In this document: positions 30,372 through 39,282 of the stretch, piece by piece
Layout: every line of letters begins with the position of its first letter
Numbering within the stretch: the stretch's first letter is position 1
DNA from: an uncultured Actinomycetota bacterium
GTDB lineage: Bacteria > Actinomycetota > Actinomycetes > Streptosporangiales > Streptosporangiaceae
Direction of reading: 5' to 3'
NCBI GenBank assembly: GCA_963719765.1
Contig: CAVRCW010000004.1
Coordinates: forward strand, 52,920-116,919
Length of the DNA stretch: 64,000 nt
Made by a program: the position numbers and the translations under genes
The notes under the pieces: model-generated
What the model was told of the DNA's origin: nothing
The model's input: only the letters and a program-made list of their open reading frames with translations
The model's database searches: none

Positions 30372-30839
30372 TCAGGGCGCGGTGGTACCGGTGCGGCCAT
30401 ACTTGTCCTCGAGCCTGACCACGTCCTCGCGCCAGCCTGCCTCCGCGGTGGATGCCTCGGCGAAGGTGAGGTCGGTGATAGCGGTCACCCGGTGCACGGC
30501 GCCTGGTGGCAGGTGAATAGTGTCCCCAGTCCCGAAATGCTCGCTGACCAGGGCGTTGGCGGTCGGTCCGTGCTCGATGAGGCCAGCGCCTGACAGCACG
30601 CTGATGGTTTCCTCCTTGCGGACGTGGTACTGCAGGCTTATGGAGTGGCCGGCGGTGACATGGATGATCTTCCCCGCATACTTACCTTCAATGGCGGCGA
30701 AGATGATCTCGTAGCCCCACGGCTTATCCTGACGGGCTGCCCGGTAGACCTGGGCCTGCGCGCCCGATGCCGCATGGCTGCCGTTCTCGGCAGGGGTCAC
30801 TGTGCCCCTCCAGTGTCGTGATTGCGAATTCGCGACCAT
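30372..30839 (-). CDS. cupin domain protein (mannose-6-phosphate isomerase type II C-terminal-like)
   Basis: KPWGYEIIFAAIEGKYAGKIIHVTAGHSISLQYHVRKEETISVLSG. Confidence 0.7.
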   Translation of the reverse strand: MVANSQSRHWRGTVTPAENGSHAASGAQAQVYRAARQDKPWGYEIIFAAIEGKYAGKIIHVTAGHSISLQYHVRKEETISVLSGAGLIEHGPTANALVSEHFGTGDTIHLPPGAVHRVTAITDLTFAEASTAEAGWREDVVRLEDKYGRTGTTAP

Positions 30840-30878
30840 AGTAGTGACGTGACCGGCGGGAAAGCACGACCGGCCCGG

Positions 30879-32045
30879 CTAGCGGGAGTGCATCGCGCGC
30901 AGCCGCCTGGCCGCCTCTGCCAGCACTTCGTCGCGCTTGCAGAAGGCAAAGCGAACCTGGCTCCGCCCGGCCTGGCGGTCGTCATAGAAGACGGCGTTCG
31001 GGACAGCCACCACACCGCACTGGTGCGGCAGCCGGCGGCAGAAGTCCAGCCCGCCAGCGTCGCTAAGCCCGGCGATGTCGGTCGTAATGAAGTACGTGCC
31101 CTGCGGACGGTACACCGTGAAGCCCGCCTCGCTGAGACCGGCGGCGAGCATGTCGCGCTTGCGTCGCAGGCCGGCCCCTAGGTCGGCGTAGAACGAGTCG
31201 GGCAGCGCCAGCGCAGTGGCGATTGCGTACTGGAATGGCCCGCTGCTTACGTAGGTCAGGAACTGCTTGGCCGTTCTGACGGCGGTTACCAGCGGCGGCG
31301 ACCCCGTTACCCACCCGACCTTCCAGCCCGTGAACGAGAAGGTCTTGCCCGCGGAACTGATGCTGACGGTCCGGTCCCGCATGCCGGGCAGCGTGGCGAT
31401 CGGGATGTGCTCTCCATCGAAAACGATGTGCTCATAGACCTCGTCGGTGACTACCAGCAAGTCGCGCTCGATTGCCAGGCTGGCGATCTGCGTGAGTTCG
31501 GATCGGGTAGCCACCATGCCCGTCGGGTTGTGCGGCGAGTTAAGCAGGATCAGGCGCGTCTTGCTGGTCACGGCGTCGCGCAGGGCATCGGTGTCAAGCC
31601 TGAAGTCAGCAGGACGCAATGTGACCGGCACCCGCCTCGCGCCCGCCATGGCAATGCAGGCCGCGTAGGAGTCGTAGTAGGGCTCCAGCGCGATGACCTC
31701 GTCGCCGGGCTCGAGCAGGGCCAGCATCGCCGCCGCGATCGCCTCGGTAGCCCCCGCGGTGACCAGAACCTCGGTGTCCGGGTCCACGTCCAGCCCGTAG
31801 AACCGCTTCTGGTGCGCGCTGATGGCCTGCCGGAGTTCCGGGATTCCCTGGCCTGGCGGGTACTGGTTGCCTCGTCCGGACAGTACGGCCTCCGCGGCAA
31901 CGGCGGCGATCTCAGCCGGGCCGTCGGTGTCGGGGAAGCCCTGCCCCAGGTTGATGGAGCCTGTCTCGGTGGCCAGGGCAGACATCTCCGCGAAGATGGT
32001 CGTTCCCATGCCCTCGAGCGCCCTGTTCAGCAGTGGTCGAGTCAT
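30879..32045 (-). CDS. class I/II pyridoxal-phosphate-dependent aminotransferase
   Basis: INLGQGFPDTDGP, NSPHNPTG, SISSAGKTFSFTGWKVGW (PLP lysine region). Confidence 0.9.
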   Translation of the reverse strand: MTRPLLNRALEGMGTTIFAEMSALATETGSINLGQGFPDTDGPAEIAAVAAEAVLSGRGNQYPPGQGIPELRQAISAHQKRFYGLDVDPDTEVLVTAGATEAIAAAMLALLEPGDEVIALEPYYDSYAACIAMAGARRVPVTLRPADFRLDTDALRDAVTSKTRLILLNSPHNPTGMVATRSELTQIASLAIERDLLVVTDEVYEHIVFDGEHIPIATLPGMRDRTVSISSAGKTFSFTGWKVGWVTGSPPLVTAVRTAKQFLTYVSSGPFQYAIATALALPDSFYADLGAGLRRKRDMLAAGLSEAGFTVYRPQGTYFITTDIAGLSDAGGLDFCRRLPHQCGVVAVPNAVFYDDRQAGRSQVRFAFCKRDEVLAEAARRLRAMHSR

Positions 32046-32260
32046 GCGTGCCTCTCGCCTGGACGCGCGGGCGGACGCCGCCCGACGGGCGCGACGATAC
32101 CCGCTGGCTGCGCGGCGCAGTGGCGCGCCTGCTCAACTTGGCCGTTTTGAGCGGGCGGCGGCGGGCCCGCCGTGCCGCAGGTGGGCAAAACCGGCTTCGG
32201 CGGCAGTCCGCAGGCAAGTCCTGTATTCCCAGCGAGCCAGCCGGAGCGCACAATGGAGCG

Positions 32261-32824
32261 GTGACCGATGGCCAGGTAACAGATGTGTGCCCGCAGTGCG
32301 GCAGCGCAACAGGCGTGCACTCGATTCAGGAGCTTGCCGCGCTGGCGCAGGGCAGGCTGAGCAGCCAGCAGCAGCCATTCGGCGGCGTGCCGCAACAGGG
32401 GTACGGCGCCGAACCACAGGCAGGACCGCTGCCAGGGTACGCGGCTGAGCCGCGGTCGGGACCGATGCCAGGTTCCGGCTGGCAGGGCAACACGGGCATT
32501 CGCGACTACGTCGGCGACTCGGTCGGAGATGATCTTGCTGGGCTCGCTATGGGCGCCGCCTCGCGCTTCATCGGCCGGGCGATCGGGCGACGTGTGCAGC
32601 GGACGGTCACCGAGCGGGTGCTGCCGGCCGTTGCCGCCAAGCAGCAGGAGGCGCTCCGAAATCAGATCGCGGTAGCGGAACGTCATCCAGACCTGCGGGC
32701 CTGCCTGACCGATAAGGTGATCTTCGTGGCCGGCGGCAGCCGCGTACTGCCGATGCCCAGCCTCACCGCCGGGCTCACCCTCGAGCAGTCCGATGAGCTA
32801 GTCGCCAGGCTGCGGGACGGCTGA
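32261..32824 (+). CDS. hypothetical protein with an N-terminal CPxC zinc-ribbon-like motif
   Basis: GTG at 32261 after GGAG. MTDGQVTDVCPQCGSATGVHSIQELAAL... The listed ORF start at 32033 overlaps the divergent aminotransferase. Confidence 0.45.
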   Translation: MTDGQVTDVCPQCGSATGVHSIQELAALAQGRLSSQQQPFGGVPQQGYGAEPQAGPLPGYAAEPRSGPMPGSGWQGNTGIRDYVGDSVGDDLAGLAMGAASRFIGRAIGRRVQRTVTERVLPAVAAKQQEALRNQIAVAERHPDLRACLTDKVIFVAGGSRVLPMPSLTAGLTLEQSDELVARLRDG

Positions 32825-32838
32825 TCCCTCGAGCCGAT

Positions 32839-33645
32839 TCAGCAGGGCCTGCGCCCGAAGAGGCGCTGGCCCGGCATGGTCGCGCGGGCGCTCGCCCCGG
32901 TGCGGTGCTGCCAGCGCACCGCGATCGCGAAAACGATCACGTTGCTCAGGTAGTGTCCCGTCGCCTGGTCGAATGTGCCGCCGCAGGTGACAATGCGGAG
33001 TTCGGCCACCGGGGCCGGACCGTAGACCGCGCTGGTGGGGAAGCGACTTTTGGCATAGACGTGCACTGCGAGGACCCGGAACGCCGCGAGCGAGCTATCT
33101 GCCCGCCGGACGAGGATCAGATCGTGCGGGCGAACAAGGCGCAGCCGGAAAAAGACGCCGGGGCCCGCCGTCGAGTCCACGTGCCCGGCAATCACTGCGG
33201 CGCCTAGCTCGCCTGGTCGCGGACTGCCGGTGTACCAGCCCGCCACCGACGTCGTGGCAGGCACCTGCAGCGCGCCCGCGGCGGTACGGCGAAGCCTGAT
33301 CAGGGCCGTCCTGACACCGATAGCCGGAATGATCAGCGCCACCGGCGACGGTGCCAGGACTGGATGTGCGGAGTCGGGTAACTCAGCTGCTCGGCCATCG
33401 GGGACGGCGACGAACGGAGTGATCCCGAGTGGCGTCGCCGCCCGGCCACCGCGGCTTGCCGCGACCAGGCCGCCCAGCGCGACGACGCAGACCAGCGCGC
33501 CACTGGTGGCCAGGACCGCCGCCGCGGGGCGGCGGGAGGCGCGCCGCCCGGCCAGCCGCCAGATGCTGCGGCAGCCCCGCACCACCGACCACCGCGTGCC
33601 TGCCCTGGCAGCGTGCCGCCCTGTCGCCCCTGGCGGGCGCCGCAT
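32839..33645 (-). CDS. class F sortase
   Basis: IIPAIGVRTALIRL, VAGWYTGSPRPGELGAAVIAGHVD, LRIVTCGG (catalytic Cys), N-terminal TM anchor. Confidence 0.8.
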   Translation of the reverse strand: MRRPPGATGRHAARAGTRWSVVRGCRSIWRLAGRRASRRPAAAVLATSGALVCVVALGGLVAASRGGRAATPLGITPFVAVPDGRAAELPDSAHPVLAPSPVALIIPAIGVRTALIRLRRTAAGALQVPATTSVAGWYTGSPRPGELGAAVIAGHVDSTAGPGVFFRLRLVRPHDLILVRRADSSLAAFRVLAVHVYAKSRFPTSAVYGPAPVAELRIVTCGGTFDQATGHYLSNVIVFAIAVRWQHRTGASARATMPGQRLFGRRPC

Positions 33646-33674
33646 GACGGCGCCGGCCAGGCGGTCGGGTCCGG

Positions 33675-34643
33675 TCACGGCGTCCGAGCGTGCGCGGCGC
33701 TGCGCCGGGAATGCATTGCGGCCACGCCGCCGCAGGTCAGCAGCAGCCCGAGCAGCGCAACGGCGAGCCATGGCAGCAGCGCAGGTCCTGCCCGCGCGGC
33801 GGTGCCGCCGAAGCCAGTATCAGCTGCCCCGGCCGGTACCGCCGAGCTTCCTGCCGCATCCTCGAGTACCTGAATTTGCAGGTGACCAGGATCGTCGAGC
33901 ACCACGAGCGTGTGGATGCTGCCAGCAGGGAAGGACACCCGACTCGAGGCCTGCGCCGAGCTGCCGGTGACATGCACGGTCCTCGTTCCAGGCGTCACGG
34001 TCAGATAGGAAGTGGCGGTGCCGAACCGTAGCTGGCGCGCGATTGTCTGACCGCCCAGCCGGACAGTGACCTGCTTGTCCATCAGCGATGCCTGGATGAT
34101 CCGGACCAGCGCTTCGCCTGGCGGGGTACTGAGCTGGTCCTGCAGCACTTCGAGCCGCAGCGCTTTGAACGGGCCCATGCCCGCCACCGTGTAAGCGCGC
34201 CCGGCGATAACGTCGACCAGCGTGGACAGGACCGGCTTGCTGGTCGAGGGCGCCCCGGCCGCTCGCATGGCGACGGTGTAGTCGCCGCTGCGAACTCGTT
34301 CATATGGTGACTCGGTGCCGTAGGCCACATGCTTAAGCACTATTTCTGCGACCGGATCGCCCACTGAGTACAGGTAGACGTCCACAGGCGGGGTATTCGG
34401 CGACAGGTGCGCGAGCCGCAGCCAGCCGTAGCCTGCCGGGCTGGCCGGGCTGGCCGGGCTGACCGGGGTCACCGGATGCGCGGCGCTCACGGGGCTCACC
34501 GGATGCGCAGGGCTCACGGGGCTCACCGGAAATGCACCGGCCGGGGCCGCGGTCAGCACAGCCGCGCCGCTGGCGGCCCCCATCACAATGACCAGCGCGG
34601 CTGCGGACCGCGCGGCTCCTAACACCCTGACGGGCAGGTTCAT
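33675..34643 (-). CDS. DUF4397-like secreted protein with a C-terminal cell-wall-sorting-type signal
   Basis: Signal peptide, PVSPVS repeats, LRLAHLSPNTPPVDVYL (DUF4397-like). C-terminus is AADTG + TM (LLPWLAVALLGLLL) + basic tail (HSRRSAAHARTP). Confidence 0.65.
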   Translation of the reverse strand: MNLPVRVLGAARSAAALVIVMGAASGAAVLTAAPAGAFPVSPVSPAHPVSPVSAAHPVTPVSPASPASPAGYGWLRLAHLSPNTPPVDVYLYSVGDPVAEIVLKHVAYGTESPYERVRSGDYTVAMRAAGAPSTSKPVLSTLVDVIAGRAYTVAGMGPFKALRLEVLQDQLSTPPGEALVRIIQASLMDKQVTVRLGGQTIARQLRFGTATSYLTVTPGTRTVHVTGSSAQASSRVSFPAGSIHTLVVLDDPGHLQIQVLEDAAGSSAVPAGAADTGFGGTAARAGPALLPWLAVALLGLLLTCGGVAAMHSRRSAAHARTP

Positions 34644-34683
34644 CAGTCCTCTTCTCCGCCCAGCTTGCCTGCGCCGGGACTCG

Positions 34684-37044
34684 TCATTGACTGGCTGCAG
34701 CTCCAGGCGCTCCGCCTGAGGCCGGGAGCAGTCCCAGCGGGCTGGGACATGTGTACTCGATCAGCAGGGCAGGCTGGTGACCCGCTAGCTCGACTAGGCC
34801 AGTCGCGGAAGGACGGAATGGTGCCTGTTGAGCGTCAAGGAACGACATAACGGAACGGGTCCATCCGACGCCAGCTCGCTTCGTCGACTCGATCACGGCC
34901 GACCGCAACGGAACCCCAGTGCTGGCGCCCGGCCCGGCATCGCCGAAGGAGAGCACACGAACTGACTCGATATCGGCGATCGTTGCGAGGGTGGCCATCA
35001 GCCGGGTGTCCACCTGGCCGTTCGCCAGCTGCGTGCGCCCGACGGCTGACATATGGAGATTCCTGTTGCCCAGCATGGTCAGGCCAACGCGTCGGCGGGC
35101 GGCGAGGTCCGATCGCAAGGCCGCAACGAACGCGGGAACCCCGTCGGGTGCCACCTCGAGAACCTGAATGGCGGATGTGCCAGTGCCGAAGCTGGCCAGC
35201 ACCTCGGGCGCGAAGACATGGCCAAGCGCCACGCCGAACTCGGCCCGCACTGCCGCGGTCGCCACGACGACATCAGCCGCAAGCGGATCGGCCGGGCCGC
35301 CCGGCCCGAGGGCAAGCAGCTCGCCACCCGGCACGCCGCGCCGCTGCAGCGCGGCACACATCGCCGGATCGCACGCGATCACGGCGGACCTGCTCACCTG
35401 GCCCGCCAGCCAGGCAGCGGCCGCGGTTCTGACGGCGCCGGGCGAAGCGGCAGGCAACAGCACGAGCCCGTCGCCGCGAACGCGGATCGAAGGCCGGGCG
35501 AGCACCACACCGAGCAACGCGGTGGCCGCCACCGCGAGCGCGAGCACGAGCAATATCGCCCCTGTCCGGCTGCGCACCGGGTCCGCCTGGCGCACAGCGA
35601 CCGGCGTTCCGCCGGGCGTAAAGCTGCGGGCAGCGCGTGCCTTCGGTGACAGCGGCTCGGTCGCCGCGGCGAGCCGCGGTTGCAGGTGTGCTGGCTCGGT
35701 TCTCGCCGTCGCCACGGGCCGCTCGTGACAGTCCGGCTCGGCCATCGCACCGGCAACGAGGCCTTGCGGGTGCCGCGGCGCTGGCGCCAATTTCGGTGCG
35801 GAGGGCTTGTGCAGCGGTCCCTCGAGGTGCAGCCCAGGCGAAGCCGAGTCCTGCGACACGAGGCGTATCGGAGGCTGGGCTGCCGCGGTCCCGGACCTCG
35901 CGGCGGAGGGCGGCCGGCGGGTCGAGTCAGGCGCCGACACTCGGTCGGCTGCCACCTTGCCGAGTGTCGCGGCTGAGCTGCGCACGGGCGCGGTACCCGT
36001 ATCGGCATGGGCGTCGTCGCTACCTGAAGTGGCCGAGCCGACGCTCCCGTCGTTCGCCGTGTCAGCCCGCGCTTTCTTCTCGGCGGCACTTGACCTGCGG
36101 TAGTGCCGTTCAGCCCGGTGATACTCGCCCTGCGCCTGTGCCAGTACGCCCAGACTGTGCTGGCCGCGTGCGACGCCGCGATAGTCACCAAGGACCGAGA
36201 ACGTCTCGACCGACGCGCTGAAGCACCGCCGCGCCTCCTCGTGATCCCCGCGTACCTGGTAGATCGCTCCGAGCTCGTGTGTCCAACCGGCCCAGCTTGC
36301 CGACCGGCCGGGGAGCATGTCGCGGGTGGACTGAATCAGGTCGGCCTCGCGGCCGAGGTCACCCCATGCGTGCAGCTGTGCGGAGACCGCTTCGGTGACC
36401 CGGCTTGCCTGCTCGGCGTCGCCGGCGCTGAACAGGTGATACCTGGCCTCCAGCAGGTCGTGTAAGTCCGCCCGGCGGTCCTGCGGCCAGGCCGCCGAGC
36501 GCCACTGCCAGTACTCGGCAGCACGCCGGTGCGCCGTCACCAGCTCGGCATTTCGATCGGCCGCGGCGAGCTGCTGGTGCAATCTGGCTGCCAGCCACGG
36601 GTCGACGACCCAGCCGTCGGCCGGTGCCGTGGAATCTGCGCATGCTGTCGTAGCTGTCATCAGGCCAGCCGCGACGCAAGCTGCGATTCGTTCCGCAAGG
36701 TCGACTGGTATCTGGTAGGGCGGTGCTGGCCCGCACCGGTCCGGGCCGCGCGCGGCCGTCCAGTCGTGCTTGCCCAGCTGGAACCCAATGGCGTTGCGGT
36801 CCGCTGGCTCCCGGTAAACCGAGACCGCGATGAGTAGCTGCTCCGCGCCAGGGCCGAGGCCGGCGATGGGCACTGCGGCTTCCCGGTCAGCTTCGCTGAC
36901 AGCTGGCCGGGGAGATGGCTGGCCGTTCCAGTTACCCAACGCATTGGGTAACTGGCGGTCGCCTCCCGGCGGGCAGGGTGACTTTGCTAGCAATATAATC
37001 TCTTTGCCGTAATCAGGTGACGCGATACGGAGGATATATAGCAC
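34684..37044 (-). CDS. TPR-repeat / single-TM / extracytoplasmic-domain protein; N-terminus looks like the post-NTPase part of a STAND protein
   Basis: AEQLLIAVSVYREPADRNAIGFQL (winged-helix-like segment typical of STAND ATPases) but no Walker motifs. TPR-like repeats (YHLFSAGDAEQA, GAIYQVRGDHEEA, GVLAQAQGEYHRA), a long disordered linker, a TM helix (ILLVLALAVAATALLGVVL) and a C-terminal globular domain. The start is uncertain and lies in AT-rich DNA. Confidence 0.55.
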   Translation of the reverse strand: MLYILRIASPDYGKEIILLAKSPCPPGGDRQLPNALGNWNGQPSPRPAVSEADREAAVPIAGLGPGAEQLLIAVSVYREPADRNAIGFQLGKHDWTAARGPDRCGPAPPYQIPVDLAERIAACVAAGLMTATTACADSTAPADGWVVDPWLAARLHQQLAAADRNAELVTAHRRAAEYWQWRSAAWPQDRRADLHDLLEARYHLFSAGDAEQASRVTEAVSAQLHAWGDLGREADLIQSTRDMLPGRSASWAGWTHELGAIYQVRGDHEEARRCFSASVETFSVLGDYRGVARGQHSLGVLAQAQGEYHRAERHYRRSSAAEKKARADTANDGSVGSATSGSDDAHADTGTAPVRSSAATLGKVAADRVSAPDSTRRPPSAARSGTAAAQPPIRLVSQDSASPGLHLEGPLHKPSAPKLAPAPRHPQGLVAGAMAEPDCHERPVATARTEPAHLQPRLAAATEPLSPKARAARSFTPGGTPVAVRQADPVRSRTGAILLVLALAVAATALLGVVLARPSIRVRGDGLVLLPAASPGAVRTAAAAWLAGQVSRSAVIACDPAMCAALQRRGVPGGELLALGPGGPADPLAADVVVATAAVRAEFGVALGHVFAPEVLASFGTGTSAIQVLEVAPDGVPAFVAALRSDLAARRRVGLTMLGNRNLHMSAVGRTQLANGQVDTRLMATLATIADIESVRVLSFGDAGPGASTGVPLRSAVIESTKRAGVGWTRSVMSFLDAQQAPFRPSATGLVELAGHQPALLIEYTCPSPLGLLPASGGAPGAAASQ

Positions 37045-37522
37045 AGCAGGCGCTGCTGAGTATCACTTTTTTTACGGCGAGTAATGTCTCGGCGCCAAAG
37101 TGTCGCTGAAATCTAAAACGTCATCGCATAGTCGACGGGCACTCTGTTCCTTTATTGATAGCTTTCAATCTGAAACAACTACTTGAAACTCAGCACGGCT
37201 ACTCTGAGTGACGCTGTGTAGCGCTGATACCGGCTCCGCAAAGGGGTACTGCGCTCCGAAAATCTGGAAAGTAAACTGACGCGGTTGCAGCGATTTCATG
37301 TTTTCGATGGATATATGATTAAATCGTCGATCGCAGCAGTGCCTGGACTATCCCAGTGATTGGTCAGGCGCAGCTCCGAAGGAGGACCTCGAGCTGGGGC
37401 CCGGCTCTGTCCTGACCGTCGGCTCAGTAGCGCACGCGTGCGCTAGCGGAAGGCAGTCGCTCCGGCGACCTGAAGTTCGCCCAGGACACCTGAAAGCCGT
37501 TCCCACCCGGCGGAGGCGGCCA

Positions 37523-37607
37523 GCGCTCCGGCAGTGCGGAGCAGTCGGCCAGCGCACCGCGGAGGAGTCGGTGCGCTCCGGCAATGCGGAAGAGTCGGCC
37601 GGCGCAC
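37523..37607. repeat. about 50-bp degenerate tandem units, each a hairpin, in the cspA 3' region
   Basis: GCGCTCCGGCAGTGCGGAGCAGTCGGCCAGCGCAC (37523) and GTGCGCTCCGGCAATGCGGAAGAGTCGGCCGGCGCAC (37571). More degenerate relatives flank them on both sides. Confidence 0.7.
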
Positions 37608-37643
37608 GGCGGAAAGGGCGCGGTCCGCGCCCCCGGCAACGCG

Positions 37644-37676
37644 GAAGAGGCGGCCCCAGAATGGGACCGCCTCTTC
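37644..37676 (-). terminator. hairpin downstream of cspA
   Basis: GAAGAGGCGG...CCGCCTCTTC arms, about 60 nt after the cspA stop. Confidence 0.5.
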
Positions 37677-37736
37677 TGATTGTGCATTAGCTAGCAGCTA
37701 GTGCGTGCCTTGACCGGCCGACTCGGCCGGGCCTTG

Positions 37737-37940
37737 TTAGAGCGGACGGACCTGCTCAGCCTGCGGGCCCTTGGCGCCCTGGCCGGCGGTGAACTCGACC
37801 CGCTGGTTCTCCTGCAGGCTGCGGAAGCCGTCAACCTGAATCGCGGAGTGGTGCACGAAGACGTCGGCGCTGCCGTCATCTGGAGCGATGAACCCGTAGC
37901 CCTTGTCGGCGTTGAACCACTTCACGGTGCCCTGAGGCAT
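37737..37940 (-). CDS. cspA: cold-shock protein (CspA family)
   Basis: [50 protein letters not shown] (RNP1/RNP2 motifs). RBS AGGAGAAGG. Confidence 0.95.
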   Translation of the reverse strand: MPQGTVKWFNADKGYGFIAPDDGSADVFVHHSAIQVDGFRSLQENQRVEFTAGQGAKGPQAEQVRPL

Positions 37941-38393
37941 GTGCCTTCTCCTACTGGGTGATCTCCGGGATCCACGGACGAGGATCCTGGGTCGCCACGA
38001 CGTCGTGCTCGTGTTCCGACCGGTGAACCTGCCGGACTCGCCACGCGCCGCGTACGCAAAATACGAATGCAACCACGTCTATCAAACACCATCCGGCGCG
38101 TCGCCGCGTCACGGTCCGGCCTACTTCGCATGTCGAGGTCGGCTAGCCGGAGCCCGGAGAACGCGGATTCCCTTGGCTAGCAGGCAACTCAGGCTCCTCG
38201 CGGGCCGATGGCGCTTCTGAAAATGCATCGCTGACGGTGCTGCAACATCGGCCGAGCCGCTGCGGACGAAGCGCTTAATAACGTCTGAATTCGTCGCTAA
38301 AGATGAAGATCCACTGTCATAACCGATAACCGTAACAGCAGACTATATCCAGTATCGGGGGCCAAGTAGGTTAATGAGCAAATGGCCGTGGTG

Positions 38394-38592
38394 TCACTGC
38401 CCGCCGATCCGGGCCGCGACCCCGTCTAGCAGGCAGTCGAGCCCGAACTCGAACCGTGCATCCTAGTCTGCGCCGCATCGGGATCCACGTCCGCGTCCAG
38501 GAACCTGATGAAATGCGGGAAGAGGCCGGTGGCCAGAAGCCGGTCCCGCCAGGCCTGGCGATCGCGCATCAGATCGGCATGGGAGTGCAGGC
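38394..38592 (-). pseudogene. C-terminal remnant of a TetR-family regulator (frameshifted, HTH missing)
   Basis: Minus strand reads ...LHSHADLMRDRQAWRDRLLATGLFPHFIRFLDADVDPDAAQ. After a 1-nt frame change it reads RFEFGLDCLLDGVAARIGGQ-stop, a typical TetR C-terminal ending. No N-terminal DNA-binding domain remains. Confidence 0.6.
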
Positions 38593-39282
38593 CGCGCCAA
38601 CCTGATCATGGTTGGCCAGCTTGGCCGTCTGAGCGGCATGCAGGCCAGGGACCGTGCGGCCGAGCTGCTGCAGCGGTTTGACCTGACCGATGCCGCCGAC
38701 CGCGGCGTGAAAACCTACTCCGGCGGCATGCGCCGCAGGCTGGACTTGGCCGCCAGTCTCGTGACCAAGCCGCAGGTGCTGTTCCTGGACGAGCCGTCCA
38801 CCGGCCTTGACCCGCGCAGTCGGATGGTCACCTGGGACGCTGTCCGGTCGCTCGCGGCCGACGGCACCACGGTGCTGCTGACTACACAGCACCTAGACGA
38901 AGCCGACCAGCTCGCAGACCGGATCGCCGTGGTGGACCACGGCATGGTCATCGCCGACGGAGCCGCTGCTCAGCTGAAAGCGAAGATCGGGGGCGAGCGT
39001 GTGGTGCTGACTGTTGCTGTCGGCGCCGACCTCTCGCAGGCAGCCCAGGTCCTTTCCCGGCATGCCGACGGGCCAGCCGATGTCGACGCCGGGACCCGCG
39101 TCGTGCAGGCACCAGTCAGGACCGCAGCGCGCAGGCTGCCAGGGATCGTCAGGGACCTGGACGCCGCAGGCATGCTGCTCGACGACCTGTCCATTCGCCA
39201 TCCGTCCCTGGACGACGTCTTCATGACCCTCATCGGTCACGCCAGCGACGACTCTCCCGCGACCGAAAGCGAACTGTCGTGA
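38590..39282 (+). pseudogene. ABC transporter ATP-binding protein (DrrA-like) lacking the N-terminal ~95 aa including Walker A
   Basis: Homology begins abruptly at GRANLIMVGQLGRLSGM. The signature YSGGMRRRL, Walker B VLFLDEPSTGLD and H-loop TTQHLDEA are present. No Walker A exists anywhere upstream. Confidence 0.75.

Noticed and set aside
37045-37345. Small ORFs or an RNA gene inside the AT-rich island upstream of the TPR protein.
   Set aside because: Only very short frames (about 10 codons) without an RBS are present. I could not recognise any known RNA family. It is treated as a promoter or foreign-DNA region instead.
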